Both the position numbers and the translations under genes were made by a program. Under the pieces are notes generated by a model, which saw only the letters and a program-made list of their open reading frames with translations, did not search any database and was not told the DNA's origin. From Takakia lepidozioides (lineage: Eukaryota > Plantae > Bryophyta), in the NCBI GenBank assembly GCA_030704615.1, contig CM060732.1, positions 57,784,001 through 57,848,000 of the forward strand: a stretch of DNA of 64,000 nt, read 5' to 3'. Below, piece after piece: positions 1 to 13,369 of this stretch (its first letter is position 1; every line of letters begins with the position of its first letter).

Positions 1-188
1 AAAGCTGGGCACTAGACAAACAACCATTTCGCTCAACAACTATCTAGGTAGCTCGCAGATTGTAATCGAGAAGGAGACAACTTCTATGCAGCGCAAAGAC
101 AGAAAATGGACAGTTTTACGACATCCGGAAACATACTTATGTACTCACTTCACCACTAGTGAAGTGTGACATAACCACTGGATCTCTA

Positions 189-2257
189 CAGATGAAATCC
201 TATAAGACTTTGACCCTCCCAGCCAACAGCCTGGAGGAGATCAGGCAAGGAGATAGGCAAAGTGTCAAGCAGAGGCGGAAGACGGGATGACGCGAAGCTA
301 GCCACATCAGCCCGATGCAAAATAGAGATGACTTGTGCTCTCTGCAAAGCAACTGAAACATGTTGTCGATAGTAGGCGACAAGGACGGAGGCATGTGGGA
401 TGCCAGTGGACCCGCTCTTGGCTGCATGATGTGCACATGTCCGCAGGAAATCGTCGAAGTGCCGATGCAATGAGCCAAATATTTCGACCGCCAGTGGAAG
501 AAATGTGTCGGTGGGGTGACGATCGTTGTAGTCGCGCTCCTTGGCCTGGGCTGCTACAGTGGTTGCCGTGCCTGGTGTGGTAGCTGCACGAGATAGCAGA
601 TCCGCTCGAGTGAGGTTGGCGAGAACGACATCTGCTAAGATACGCAAACCATCTCTAGATAGGACGATGTCAATACGGCGGCGTGTAGAGTGGGACGTGA
701 GCGTGGGTCGTAGATGTGGTTGCTCACGCAGTACATGATACCCTGTCTCCCGAGCAATAGATGTCACCGCATCGCGAACCATATTATGAGACACAGTGCG
801 CTCACCACCACATGGACAGCGGAAGAGATGGATGACAAGGTCATCGATGGGCTGAAGACAGACGCAGCGCTGAAGGCCCAATGCCGAAAGATGAGGCAAA
901 CCGAGTCGAAGGCGGAGCGCAGTAGTGAAAATAGGGGATGAAAGGCGAAAATGTGCGATAATGGGTCGTGGTGTCAACCATGCCCCTGCTCTGGGTCCTG
1001 CGCATGATAAAAGTCGGGCTCGATGCAACTCAGAAGAAGCACTTGAGAGCATGCCGGAAAAAGAATGACGGTGCACGCGCTCGGAAATGGAAAGATGGTC
1101 GAGGCCTTGAGCAACCAACTGCTCAAATGGTGGTAAACATGCTCGCGCCGGTGCCGGAAGAAGATCTCGTGCAGAGCGGAGATGTTGCTGGAAGGGTAAA
1201 ATGTCACTGTCGACATGTGCAACGGCGTCCATAAGGATAAGACGATGGTCACAGAGAAATCGTGAAGCGAGGGCTGGCGCCACCAATGCCCAACTGCCGA
1301 GGAAAGCTAATGGGGCGGTAGTGACAGTGGACAAAAGACCCACACCACCGGAAGAGACGGGCAAGGTGGCTTGCTGTCGTGGCAAAAGTCCCTGAGCACC
1401 CTCCAGAGCTCCTGGTCCTAACAATCTCCCGAAGATAGTCATCATGGTAGTATCAAACCCAGATAAGAGATGTAGGAAATCTGGGCTGGGTGGAACAGTG
1501 CGCAAAAGATATGAGGGATGCTGAAGGAAACATTTGATCAAGATTCCATATGCTACCTGTACATCTCCGAGCCTAGGAAGGAGATCGGCGTGGGTGGCAT
1601 CCTGGTGGAGTGCATCTTCCAAGAAGGACGTTGTGAACTAGGTGGTGCCAAAAAGGACTCCCAGGATTCTGATGTCATTGGGCGGAGCAATGAAGTGAGC
1701 AGGGAGGACAAAATCTGCATGGAGACTGCACGGAGACCACACCGCACATTTGTGAGGTTGCACTGAAAGGCCCACGGCAGAAAGCTGGGTGATAAAATGA
1801 TAGTAAGCTGAAAGTACATGTGAGGCAGGGCCTACAATGTGCGTGTCGTCTACTACCGACGGAAAAAGACAAGATGAGTGAACTTGTGCAGAAGCCGTGA
1901 GGGCGCGGACATGAGCCATGGCAAACAAAGGTCCTCCTAAAGGGTCGCCTTGGCGGGTCCCAACCTCGGACTGAATGATGGAACACTCACCTAGGCAAGA
2001 ATGGCGACTGTAGTATAGGGGGGTGGTGGATGCATAGAACAAACGGAATGAGCTGGTGGAAATCTCCTCCGGCTGAACGGAGCTGCTGAAAGATAGCCGC
2101 TCGTGACACAGTGTTGAAAGCGTTGGTGACGTCGACCTGGAGAACCACCCAATCCGGATGAAGATCAAGAGCTGCACGAATCCCCTGAACCACCGCCTCG
2201 CAACCGCCTGGAGTGGCGACCCCGAACTGGTGCGGAAAGAGATGTCCGGAGGAGACT
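189..2257 (-). mobile_element. CRE-like non-LTR retrotransposon fragment (RT + CCHC + restriction-like endonuclease), 5' truncated and frameshifted
   Basis: RT motifs QFGVA..GGCE, QVDVTNAFN, GTRQGDPLGG and PSVVDDTH lie across ORFs 1987-2301 and 1638-2177. ORF 186-1622 has a CVC..H..C knuckle, RTVSHNMVRD, RRIDIV..LADV, AKERDY and FLPLAVEIFG. The empty site is visible in copy 2 (ggatctcta-ttggatatcc, ~21434-21452). Confidence 0.88.
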
Positions 2258-3489
2258 AGGATATCCGCTAAGCCAACATCTATAGAGAATTTGCAGCGCA
2301 TAAAAATGTGGTAGCTTCATTCACATAGACAAATTGGTGGACCTATCTCTTTATATCCATAGCAATGGCCACACACACTAACCCAACCATGCCCTCAGGA
2401 AAAAAATCACACAAAACTTGAGAAATGATGTGATGAAACCATGCACGGAGCTTTGTTTGCAAACTGACATGAAGCGACTGTACAAAGACTGAAAAGTTCC
2501 CACAACCACGGAAGATTTGTAAAACTAATCGCTCTTTCGCTTGTCCATGCCTCTTCTCCTTCGAGACAGAAGTGAACCTGTAGCTGCCAGAAGCCACGTA
2601 TGGGTATGGTATTAAGCCGCCTATGTAACTTGTTGACAGGACTAATTGTTGCACGATGTTGTGGTCAATTGCCTCAGCCTTTAGTACTCTTATTCTGATC
2701 ATATGATCAATGCAGTGAACATGATGTAATGTAACCCCGTTTAAGTCACCAATAGTTAATGTAGCGTTCAATGACTGTCAATCTTTCAGGGGAGCATTGC
2801 GCCAAATCGCACTGGTATGTGTAATTATGCAGCATAATAGTATGCATATTATAAACATTCGCACTGCAGAACAGCAAAGGTCCATGAATTTGTTCTCGTG
2901 CAGTGAATCCACTGCCATATTTGCAGTGGCCTTTGCTAATTTGGAAGCAACGGTCAACAGAAAGACAGAAGAGTTTTCAAAAGCAAAATTTATAGGTGTG
3001 ACTAAAAAACGGATCAGGGAGATGTACAGTTCAAATGGATCAAGTCATTTTTTTCTTGGTGATGAGACATGGGGGCTAAACAATCCGAATCAATGGAAAA
3101 TCCATAAAAATTTGAACTCTGAGACATAGCAAAACTATAGCTCTCTAAGGTTGCTCTTTTACACCAAGTAGAGACATGTTTGTTATTCAAATATTTTGAA
3201 AACAAAAAATGGACAGGATGTGTGAATCAGGTAGTTTCAGTGTTGCAACTGATTGATAACGTGATCCAGAAGAATTGTACATAGACAAATGAATGTCATA
3301 ATCTGACCAGTTAGCAACAATTGTGCACAGTGCACAGCATTACACTAGACAACCAGCTTCTACAAGTCTTTTGTTCAACAATGTTTTGCGCAAATGTTAC
3401 ATGTGCGCAAGGAGTAAATGCTAAATAGCTGCAGATCTTCTCTGCGGTCTGGAACGTGCACTGGCTCAATGCTGCAACTTCCCAACTGC

Positions 3490-4446
3490 TTAGGCGTTGT
3501 TGTCAGGGGTCAATGTCTTCTTCACGTTCTCGTAAGCATTGTTCAGTGCACCACCGACCTACAAGCACAGTTCAGAAACAGTTTTAACTCAGTGTCTAGT
3601 TGATAGCTACATCGACACCGGCCGCCTGCCATAATTCACAAACAGTTAGCTCCACACAGCTTAGTTGTTAGCTTCATCTTAATGCCTACCAAGACGTTGC
3701 AAAGAAATTCGGTCAACTCTGTTGCACATTTTCCACCACTCTGCAAATCTGTCCTTATTGCTATAACTTTATATAGTCCCAGTATGCAGAAAAAAGAAGA
3801 GTCAGGAGTGAGATGAAGGTATATGGTGCCAGCTGATCAACTTTGGAATCGTAGCAATCATGGGCATCATTGCACAGGCTGCACGAGGTAAGGACCAAAC
3901 TACCTGCTGCAAGGCGGAGCCAGTGGTATCCTTAGCTTGGTTCAGTTTGTCGCCAGTGGCATCCTTAGCTTGGGTGAGTTTGCCCTGGGAAGCCTTAGTC
4001 GCATCAGAAGCGCTTTGCTTGGTCTGGTCTACCTTTTCACCGGCAACATTTCCAGCCTCTTGAGCCTTGCTCTGGGTTGTTTCAGCTGTACTCTGCAGAC
4101 ACATACAAAACGCACCGCATAATGAAATGGGCTGTTACTTACATAGCAAGGCAGACCCGCCAAGTTCTGCCAGTCCTGGACGGATCAGCAGCAAGCTATC
4201 ATTTGCTTAAGACCATTGGCTGATCCTGTCTGCATCCTACTACGAGCCTGCAGAAACATATCCATCTCCTCTTCACTGTATGTTTGCACTGCATCAGAGA
4301 GATCGTTTCTAGCACGAGACAATGCATGAAGGTGAGATACGAACCTTGGCGGCATCCTGAGTCTGCGAGCCGGTCTCCTGTCCAAATTGTTTAGTCTCCT
4401 CGGCCTTCTGAGCGGCGGTATCCTTGGCGTTGTCGAAGGTCGACAT
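3490..4446 (-). CDS. Group 3 (LEA_4-like) late embryogenesis abundant protein, 119 aa, exons 4446-4345, 4092-3904, 3558-3490
   Basis: Splices at GT-AG sites in phase 0: MSTFDNAKDTAAQKAEETKQ...|STAETTQSKAQEAG...AKDATGDKLNQAKDTTGSALQQ|VGGALNNAYENVKKTLTPDNNA*. It is A/K/T/Q/D-rich with 11-mer repeats. Confidence 0.88.
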
Positions 4447-4449
4447 TTT

Positions 4450-4780
4450 CACGTGGAAAGAAGAGATTTGAAGAAGGAACAGAGTATGGAGATCGAAATG
4501 GGTGGATTGCTGCGAACAGTATTGCCGAAGCTTTAATGATGGGGCACAGCGATATGCAGCTTGGAAAGCGAGTGTGAAAGAAGGAACAGTGGAAAGCGAG
4601 TGCGAGGAGTGTAGCGAGGGCAGGGATATATACGCTTGTCAGCAGCCCAGCCTGGAGGGACACCTGTGGGGTCGGTGCCGGAATACGCAAGGTGTCACCC
4701 CCAAAGAGCTCCACTTGTCGATGTCCAGAACTTTCTGTACTCTATCCACTTCCTGCCACACGCACTACACCACGTGTCGC
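4450..4780 (-). promoter_or_regulatory. LEA promoter: TATA box with ABRE/G-box and DRE-like cores
   Basis: TATATA at ~4627-4632; CACGTG at 4450-4455; CACGTGTC at 4771-4778; GTCGGT (ACCGAC on the minus strand) at 4671-4676. These are typical of ABA/desiccation-induced LEA genes. Confidence 0.55.
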
Positions 4781-6765
4781 TTTCTTGTGCCGCTTACTTG
4801 TTTGTAGTAATATTCATTACCTGTGTGGCCTCCATGTAATGAGGCTGGTGGGGTGGGTGGTGGGGCCAAGCACCAAATTATCATAGGCATGAATTACTTC
4901 CCTGCAGGTATTTCAATGATCTCCGCTATGAAGGTGATTGCAAAAATAAGCTGAATTACCTCCAGAGGAGTAACCTCCACGGGGAGAAATTTTTAAATTT
5001 TATGTCAACCCTTTTATGATAGGTGTCACGACATGTTCACTGACAATTAGCTTCAGTGAAGAACATTGGAAGCCCTTTATGATAACAGATTTTAAGATGC
5101 AATTCATGCCTGAAGAAGCTGAAAGTTCTTTACCCGAGTGTGCAACCTTATTCCTCGTGTCCTCCCTAAATATAGCACGCAGGCCCACTGAAAAATAGAA
5201 ACACGAACAGGTACATATTATCAGTTATAAGTTATATATTCCATTTCTAATCACGCTTGGGTTGGCCATTGTGACTAACCCCCCTGTCTAATTGTCAGTG
5301 AACATGTATTTATAATAACAATTGTTTCGAAGACCAGTGTCGTATCTTCAAGCACAGTGGATGGAATAATGCTAGTTGTTGTCAAAGCCCACCAAGTAAA
5401 TTAAATGTAAGGACCCGGGATGACATCAATTGATAGATAGCCCAATGGTTAAAGGGCATAATATAACTCGTGGTTGTGAGTTCATACATGTGCTGGACGT
5501 CTGGATGTCATATAAAGGTCATAAGATTGAACGCCTCAATATGCAGATATGGTGCTAGCTAACTGCTGAAGAAATGAAATGAATTGGTACTTAATTTATA
5601 ACGTCCACGGAAAGCTCAAAGATAAAATGGAAAGTTTGAAGAAGAAAAGAAGGAAAAAGTTTGAAGATGAAGAAAATGAAGAACTTTAGAAGGTTCAAAG
5701 AGTTTGATTGTGTCCGCAAGAGGCCCAAGTGACATGCATGCATGAAACAGAAAGTAACCAAATCTAGACAGTCCATGGACAAAGTAGTCCTTCTATGTTG
5801 ATTGCTTACTTGCTAAGATATTCTTCTCTTTTGAATGCCGCACCAGAATAACGTTTTCACTTGTAATTCAGTGGCTGATAGATACTAGACAATTAAGTAG
5901 ATTTCGGTATGAGTTTGGAAATGACATCTTTCAATCCTAGTTCAGCTGTTTTGTGATCAGAACATCAAGTCAAACTAAGCATTTGAGCCGGAGTATTTCC
6001 CAATCCAACATCTGCAAGCCACTTAAGCTCTTATCCAGCCCCCTTATTCTGCAAGACTGGACTACATTTAACCTGCTTTGTTAATGAAAAAATACTACAA
6101 TGGTCCAGCACAGTGTACCTCATTGCAGCAAGAGAAGCCTTCCTCATATGACAACAGAACACACTAGCATTGTAGACCTCCATGCTCAATGTTGAACTTT
6201 GGCCTTGAAATTCTCGGGGATGTGATAGGTTTGAGAAAATCAGGGGGGATGTTGCATGTGGTCTGAAGTCAATATTGTACAAGCAGTATGTGGCTTTGTT
6301 GCGATGAAGGGGCCCTGTCCTCTCTGCACAAAGTTGAAGGCAGTCTGTGTACTAAATCCCTTCAACCATCTTGCACTTGTCAAGTAGCAGCTTATGCAGA
6401 CGAGGGAAGGGCTCGCTTTTCATGGAGTAAACACCCTCGTTTATAGAGTCATTCAATAGTCACTCGACTGTTTGATATAGGCCATGTCCATTGCAGGTCA
6501 TGACTACTGGGGAGGTTAAATTTGCATTGCAAGTGTTATACTAGAACAGCATGAACCTATTTTGGCCCTAAAGAGCAGTCTGTCTCTAGAGGGAAGAGCC
6601 AAGAGATAAGAGTCTTTCGAGATCAATGTAGCCAATGACTTCATTTTGCAATCCATGATGCAGAGAAGTCGGTAAGTTGCCGTTCTAACCATTCTTTGGC
6701 TTATATTGGTGGTTGAGAAGATAGATATATAATTGTTTGAAGTGACGTGACATGTGCAAGCTTAC

Positions 6766-6939
6766 CTGTGGGTCAATCATGAGAGGCCAGCGGGTGCTAC
6801 GAGTTACTAGAACCCCATTTTCTGTGCAAAATGCATCAGCAAGAAGGCCTTGCAGGTTCCATTCTCTCACATCCCCAGCATCGGATAAGAATGACACAAA
6901 TGTGAAATTTGCTGAAGATGCAATTTCTAGTTTTTGGGC
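6766..6939 (-). pseudogene. Isolated exon of an axonemal dynein heavy chain (stalk/AAA5 boundary)
   Basis: 174-bp exon bounded by AG and GT, encoding ...DVREWNLQGLLADAFCTENGVLVTRSTRWPLMIDPQ, a strong dynein HC signature. Adjacent exons were not found. Confidence 0.8.
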
Positions 6940-8499
6940 CTGCAACCCACGACATGCACAAAGGTAAGAAGGGTTAGGTCACACCAGATGTGAACCTGAC
7001 TTGTTCATGTGGACCTGAACCTGTTCAGATATGATCCAATGTGGGACTTAATGGTCTTCAACTCCTGTCGGATTGTCATATATGCATGTAGGTAGTGATT
7101 TAGTGAGAAAATGAGCTCGTGTGGAGCCCCAGGAATTGAGGGGCATTCACAGACAATCATACTAAATACTTCACAGTGTGCCCATGGAGAGGAATTAAAC
7201 CCCAACAGCTCCTGACAGGTAATGCTCACAGGATAATTGTCTTGTGCCAACATTGGATGCACAACCATAAAGGAGCAAGACCTCAGTATCCTCAAGGACA
7301 CCACTCTAATCTCTCTTCTCCCGCACAGTACCCCAAGTCATTCAGGTCGAAAATGTACAGGGTTTGCAAGGCCACATACGAGGTGTTTGAGGATTTTGCA
7401 AGTTTGGTGCTGAGGACAAAAGTTCCTGTCAAATGATTATTCGATAAGTTTATGCATGAAAATAAGAAACACATGTCAAGTTATTTTACCACTAGTGTGA
7501 AACTAGCTAGGAAATAACTAGCTTTTACATATTGACATTTGGGATTGGCCCAAGTGTCAATCCAGGGATCAAGGCAGATTTAGGCCCTGGAGTGGTTATT
7601 TTCACGACAAGCGCGGGAGGCTCATCTTTCTCGTGTTGAGCCTCACCGCGCCTAACTATGGCACCGTAGTGTGGATTCCCCATGGTGTGGGGTGCACTTG
7701 GCTTAACTTGTATTTGAGTGATGAGGTTATATATGCATGAGTTTATGCTTCAGCTTTATGAGCTCGCATGAGCTCGTGCTTGTATTCTTCATTTTTATCA
7801 CTCGAGAAAGATGAGCTCGTATCTGTGAGTGTCAGATACGAGTTAGTTGTAGCACTTGTGGTTTTGCTTGAGAATGAGAGAAACCGGGTTGTTATGCAAA
7901 GAGCACCGTGGAGCTCTTGATTGTTAGAAGTGGAGGCGATGTGGGTTACGAGGTGGTAGACCTTGGCATTCGATCTTCAGCTTCAGAGATGAAAGCACCA
8001 TGCTACAGGTAATTCCAGAGCACCTTGATGGTTTCAGATTGTGTACATGCATGAGCAAGCACGATTGGGAAGATGACCAGTCAAGAGCAGGTTAGAGTGG
8101 CTTGGTGGCAAAGCTAAGAATTGGACTTGGGAATGCGAGCTTTCATTGTGTGAAGGATTGCAAGACCAAGCGAAAGGGTTGATTTGGCTTTAGGCAAATC
8201 AGTGCACTTTGTGGAGTATGTTGAGATTGGGTTTCAATCTCGAGCTTCAACATTGAGAGGGCTCTTGTCATGGCAAGAGCAGGGCTGGAACAAGAGCTAA
8301 GAGGTGCGGCAAGGCCATGGAATGTGCACCTAGGGTTTCAGAGCTTGGAAGAAGAGCTCTTGCACCACAAGATGAGTGTCTTGTGGCTGGAATGTAAGCC
8401 TTAGGGTTTCAGGAGCTTGGCAAAGGCTGTGGAGTGATTAGTCTTGTCTTAGAGAGCATCAAGGAGCCAATGAGCCAAGATATGGGGCTGATACCTCTT

Positions 8500-8940
8500 G
8501 TGTGAAGGGGTTGCATGTGTGGAGCATGTATTCAGCTCATTGAAGCTTCCATCTTCAAGCTTGGAGGGCAAGCAAGGAAGAGGGAAGGGCTGACTTCCCT
8601 TATGTGAGGGCAATGCATGTGTGGAGCATGCTTTCAGCCTGTTGAAGGCTTGTACTTTCAGGTTTGGGAGTGCAAGAAAGGAATGAAGGGGCTGGTTTTC
8701 CTGTAGGGCATTTGTGGAACATGCTTTCAGCCCATTGAAGCTTGTATTTTCAGGTTTGTGGGTGCAAGAAATGAAGCAAATGAGCTAATTCTCTTATGGT
8801 GAGAGTGGGGCATATGTGGAGCATGCCTTCGGCCCATTGAGGATCTTGTTTTCAAGCTTTAGAGAGCTAGAACGGAAGGGCTAGGGCTGGTTTCCACTTG
8901 GGGTGAAATAAAAGCACTTGTAGGGCATATGTGAGTTGGG
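8500..8940 (+). repeat. Degenerate ~100-bp tandem repeat (~4.5 units) inside the putative LTR
   Basis: The motif gcat(g/t/a)tgtgga(g/a)catg..ttcagc.cattgaag recurs at ~8513, 8615, 8708 and 8810. Confidence 0.75.
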
Positions 8941-9339
8941 GTTTCAACTTCAAGCTTGAAGGGAGCACAACTCTTGAAGCAGCAGGTGCAGGGGCTGAAT
9001 TAGGTGTGAAAGGCATGCTATGGTCAAGAAAAGCACGTGAATGAGTGCCTACAAGGACTAGAAGTCAGCCATGTTTGGTTAGTCGCCATAGGGATCAATG
9101 GCGTTGTTTTGTGAGTTAAAAAGAAGCTTGTGCACTTAGTTTCGGTTGCAAACATCTTTCTTTGGAATTAGAGCTATTATTGGTGGTGTGTGGGGGCCAT
9201 AAAGAGCAAGAATACCTTGCTGATTTCCTCACAGCCGCCATAGCTCGGTGCAAAGAAGCCTAGAGTCCAAGAGACACAAACCCTAGCTTGGCGTGGCTAA
9301 ACCCCTTGGAGAAATGGCTAAACTGCCATGAGTGGCCAT

Positions 9340-9790
9340 GGATGGGGCTGTGACAGGCTGTGCCCTGTGGCCTGTGGGGCTGTGACAGGCTGTGATGGGC
9401 TGTGCCCTGTGGCTTGTGGGGCTGTGACGGGCTATGATAGGCTGTGGCCTTTGGGGCTGCGACCCATGTGACCTGTGTAGGGCTGTGACAGGCTGTGATC
9501 TGTGGCCTGTGGGGCTGTGACCGGCTGTGAGGGGCTGTGATAGGCTGTGACCTGTGGCCTGTGGGGCTGTGACGGACTGTGACAGGCTGTGACATGTGGC
9601 CTTTGGGGCTGTGAGGGGCTGTGACAGGCTGTGCCATGTGGCCTTTGGGGTTGTGATGGGCTGTGACAGGCTGTGGCCTGTGGGGCTGTGACCTTGTGAC
9701 CTGTGTAGGGCTGTGACGGCTGTGATCAGTGATCTGTGTGGGCCTGTGCTGGTCTGTGGTGGCCCGTGTTGACCTGTCGACGGCCTGTGC
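9340..9790 (+). repeat. Low-complexity minisatellite built from GGCTGTGA/CCTGTG units
   Basis: Dozens of ggctgtg(a/g) and cctgtgg units are directly visible. Confidence 0.92.
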
Positions 9791-10680
9791 TGATTCGTGG
9801 AGGCACTGGTGGACTGCCTAAGGACTGGCATATGGTCTTTAAGACCGAATTTTGAAGCTCGTGGAGGGCAGTTTGAGGAGTATCTTCATGATATTCCCAT
9901 GGTCATGCAAGTGAGGGAAGAGAGGAGAGGAAGAGTGTTGGGATGAGGGCATGTTGGGGTTAGGCATTGCTTTAGCTTCTCTTCCTCGTAGTTTTCCACC
10001 CTCTCATTAGGCCAAGACCTTTCCGTAGGTGAAGGCAAGAGTCAGTCCGGGTTTGGGTTGGGGTGTCCTTGCAGGAGCAACACCGTGGAGTTGTTTTTGG
10101 TGTGGGGAAGTTGTCGTTCTAATTTCTTGTGTTTGGATCCCCTCCATACTTGTATGCTTGACTGTGCACCATGTTAGTTTTGTGTGGGCGCTTGTTTTTA
10201 TAGGTGATTGGTCCGGATTTGATCATCGGCCAGTCCTAGAGCATGTTGTCGATGGTGAGGCTGGGGTGAGGACCAGTCAGACCATCATTGTTTCTCCTGT
10301 GGTGAGGTTGGAGGTGATGACCAGCCAACCGTAGGAGTGCTTACGGTGGATGCAGGTGCAAGGTGTAGGCTATGTTAGGAACCCAGTATTCCAAATCATA
10401 AGCCGCAACAGGTTCTCTACCCGGTTACCTTGTGGAGAGGGGGTTAGGGACATGTTCATGACCGGTTGAGTGACAGTTTGTCAACACGGAGGTGCCACTA
10501 GTTGCTGGGGAGAGTGCCAGTTCGAGCATTAGCGATACTAGTGGGTACACGAGACGAGGTGTGCGGTTTAGGCCACCTTCACCTCCTGTGTCTTCTACGG
10601 AAGGTTCTGATTCAGATTGTCAATCAGGAGGACTCACACTGGCGGTGCAAGTTGTTTCCTTGTCATTGTTGTGGGACACA

Positions 10681-11847
10681 ATGGAGGAGATGTATGGAGC
10701 TACCAAGGGGCCACGAAGGTACTCTGGGGCGGTGGGCACCATCGAGTTGGATGATTTTATCCAAGAGTTTGATAGTTGGTGTGATTTGCAGCAAATGCAC
10801 AATCCACAACTATTTATGTCTTTCATGGCATGGAAGGGGCTGTTTCAGCACCTTGAGGGGCCGCCTATGGATGATTACCATGAGTTCAGGTGGGGGCATG
10901 AGGTTGAGATCGAGGAATGGAGGATGTACTGGTCACCCGACTATGTTTCCATCACTAGGGGCACTAGAGCCACGAGGGCAGTGGCTACACCTGCCGCTGC
11001 ACCGACAGCTTCAGCAAGCAGCAGTGGGACTAGTGGGACTGGTGGTACCGTAGCTACGATGTCCACCCAAGCCACTACCGCACCAGCACCAGTACTCGTG
11101 CCTGCCTTCAACCCTGTTGTGGAGTTCTTCGAAGAGTTGAGAGGGAACTATCAAGGGGTGAGGACAGAGAAGTTGCGGAACTTGCAAGAGTTCCAACGGA
11201 AGCCTACTGAGAGCTTGAGGGAGGCTTTCACTCGCATGAGGCGCTTGATAAATGTAACCCAAGGGGTTACGGAAGCTCAGGCAGTCCAATTCTGGTATGG
11301 GATATTGGACAAGGAGCTGAGGAGAAGGGTGCGAGATGCAACTCTCCTACAAGCGGCCCAACCCACCTTAGCAAATGCGTTTTTGCTGGTAGAGCGGATA
11401 GAGCTCAACATGGTGGAGGAACGAGTGGTCATGGTGGGATTTGCTAAGGAGACACCACAGGGTAGTGGTGCTCCTAGCCAACCACTACCTCAACATGCTC
11501 AAAGCAATAAGGGGGCTCAGGTGAAGCTCAGGGAAGGACAGAGATGACCTCAGATGCAGAGGTCTCTCCCTTCATTTGGAGGCCAATGACGGGCGGAGGT
11601 GGTGTGTTGGACATGTGGAGGACCCCATGTCAAGAAGGATTGCCCAGAGGGAGGCAAAGGGCCGGCACATGCACAACCTGCACAGTTGCAGTGTGGGCAT
11701 TGTGGCAAGCACGGGCATGGAGAGGCCCAATATTATGGTTTGCATCCTGAGTTGCGCCCAGGCCAGTTCCAAGGGAACAATGGTGGACGGGGGCGAGGTG
11801 GAGCAGCCCAGAGAGGACGAGGTGGCCAGGCACGAGGTGCAGGCTAA
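10681..11847 (+). pseudogene. Retrotransposon Gag (capsid + two CCHC knuckles), frameshifted
   Basis: ATG at 10681; retrotransposon-gag-like helical region; knuckles and an RGG-rich tail in a shifted frame (ORF 11599-11847). Confidence 0.75.
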
Positions 11848-12453
11848 GGGCAAGCTCAACATGGCCAAGGATGCGGAGGTCAGGGTATTGACCAAGGCAT
11901 GGCTAGAGCAGAGGCTCACTGCCATGGCTACAGCTCAGGTGGTACTGGCTCCAAGGCCGGATGGTCCACCTCTTGCTCATGAGGGAGGAGATATGGGAGG
12001 CATGGGATTCATGTGCGGGGCAACACTACCACTAGTGCAAGTGGAGTCGGCGGCGGCAGTGACCCGAGGAGTAGCACGGGTTCCTGAGCCACGAGGTGCA
12101 GAGGTGGAGTTGGATCCACAACGTGGGGAGGCAAGCCGTCAGGCTAGGCTTCCTCAGTCATTCATATTGGCGGAGACAATGTCGACGCCATCCATGGCAC
12201 CTAGTTCGCGCCCGACTGTTATTGAGGCAGAGGTTATTATGCCATTGGGGAGAGCCACACGGGCAGCACCACTAACTAGTGTTGCCAAGGCTACAGCAGC
12301 TAGTGTGCTGCTGGGGGCGGCCACATCTGTGTGCCAGGCTCCATTGTTCTCAGCTACCATGATTGCGACGCCGGGGGTAAGACCAGCTGAGGTATTCAGG
12401 CTCGAGCTACACTCTATGAAAGTGGGGAGGTTACTTCATCTTCTGCGGAGATA

Positions 12454-13000
12454 GTGGGAGGTGTAGTGCCAGAGGGATCCTCGGATTTGAGGGTCAAGAC
12501 TGCCACGACGGCGCCATGGCAAGCTGCAGCTGCCAAGTTGATGGAACTGTCAGCTAGGCCAGCCATTGAGCGCACCATGGTGACACCTGGAGTTGTCATG
12601 TTAGACAACCAGGATGACATGTTCTGTTTGAGTGGACCGGTAGGCAAGAGGTACCGGCCACTGCGGGTCTTGTTGGATTTGGGGGCTCAACCATTGATGC
12701 TGGGCAGAGCTGCTATTGCAGACTTGGGCCTCACGGAGGCGGATATGGAGCCTTGTCCTTTCTAGATACAGACATCTCTGGGAAGATCAGAGCAAGCTCG
12801 GGGCATGACACGGCGTGAATTGGCTATCAGACTACGTCCGGATCACCCTACAGATGGCTCAGTGATGCGAGCCAAGGCCATTGTGACAGACGCGGTCTCG
12901 TACGATGTCCTAGTTGGTGGGGCAGTGTTGTACCCCATGGGCTTCACCCTAGATTTTTGGGAGGAGTCAGCTTCCTACAGGCCTGGATGGCAGTCAGGGG
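12454..13000 (+). pseudogene. Retroviral-type aspartic protease, degenerate
   Basis: RVLLD[L]GAQPLM (DSG to DLG, TCG>TTG) and the flap-following YDVLVGGAVL; in-frame TAG at 12763-12765. Confidence 0.75.
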
Positions 13001-13369
13001 AGGGCCGGCATGTGCAGCTCCCTATGACGTTCATAGGAGGAGTTGCGGTTGCCCAGCGGGGCAAGATGCCAACACTAGCAGCATTCACAGCTGCAGTGAC
13101 TTGGCCTGAAGAGTTGCTAGAGGGCAACACTCATTCAGAGGATGACACACCTCCAGGAGAGCAGGATGATATGTATGGTATGGTGGAGTTGCCTGCCATG
13201 GTTGCTTAGACTCCATTGTGGGGCACGAACAAAGATTTGCAGCGGGTGGCTGATCGACGACTGCAACAAGCCTGGGTAGAGGCTTTTGTACCATTAGGAG
13301 AGGAGGAGAGTGTGGGGATTGCACTAGGACCACCTCAGTTGTGTCCATTGGACACCACATCTATTGTGT

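Larger units (their letters stand above)
1..4818. repeat. Segmental duplication copy 1 (paralog of ~19362-24051); extends beyond the left window edge
   Basis: 1-188 aligns to 19362-19474 + 20041-20077 + 21406-21442 (e.g. gctcaacaactatctaggtagctcgcagattgtaat). 2258-4818 aligns to ~21445-24051, including the LEA gene and its promoter. Confidence 0.95.

Noticed and set aside
2343-2771. 142-aa ORF, with a 201-aa counterpart at 21454-22059
   Set aside because: No recognisable domain, and indels between the two copies shift the frame locally.
9260-9831. ORFs of 125 and 182 aa rich in H/S/P/T
   Set aside because: They are translations of the GGCTGTGA minisatellite.
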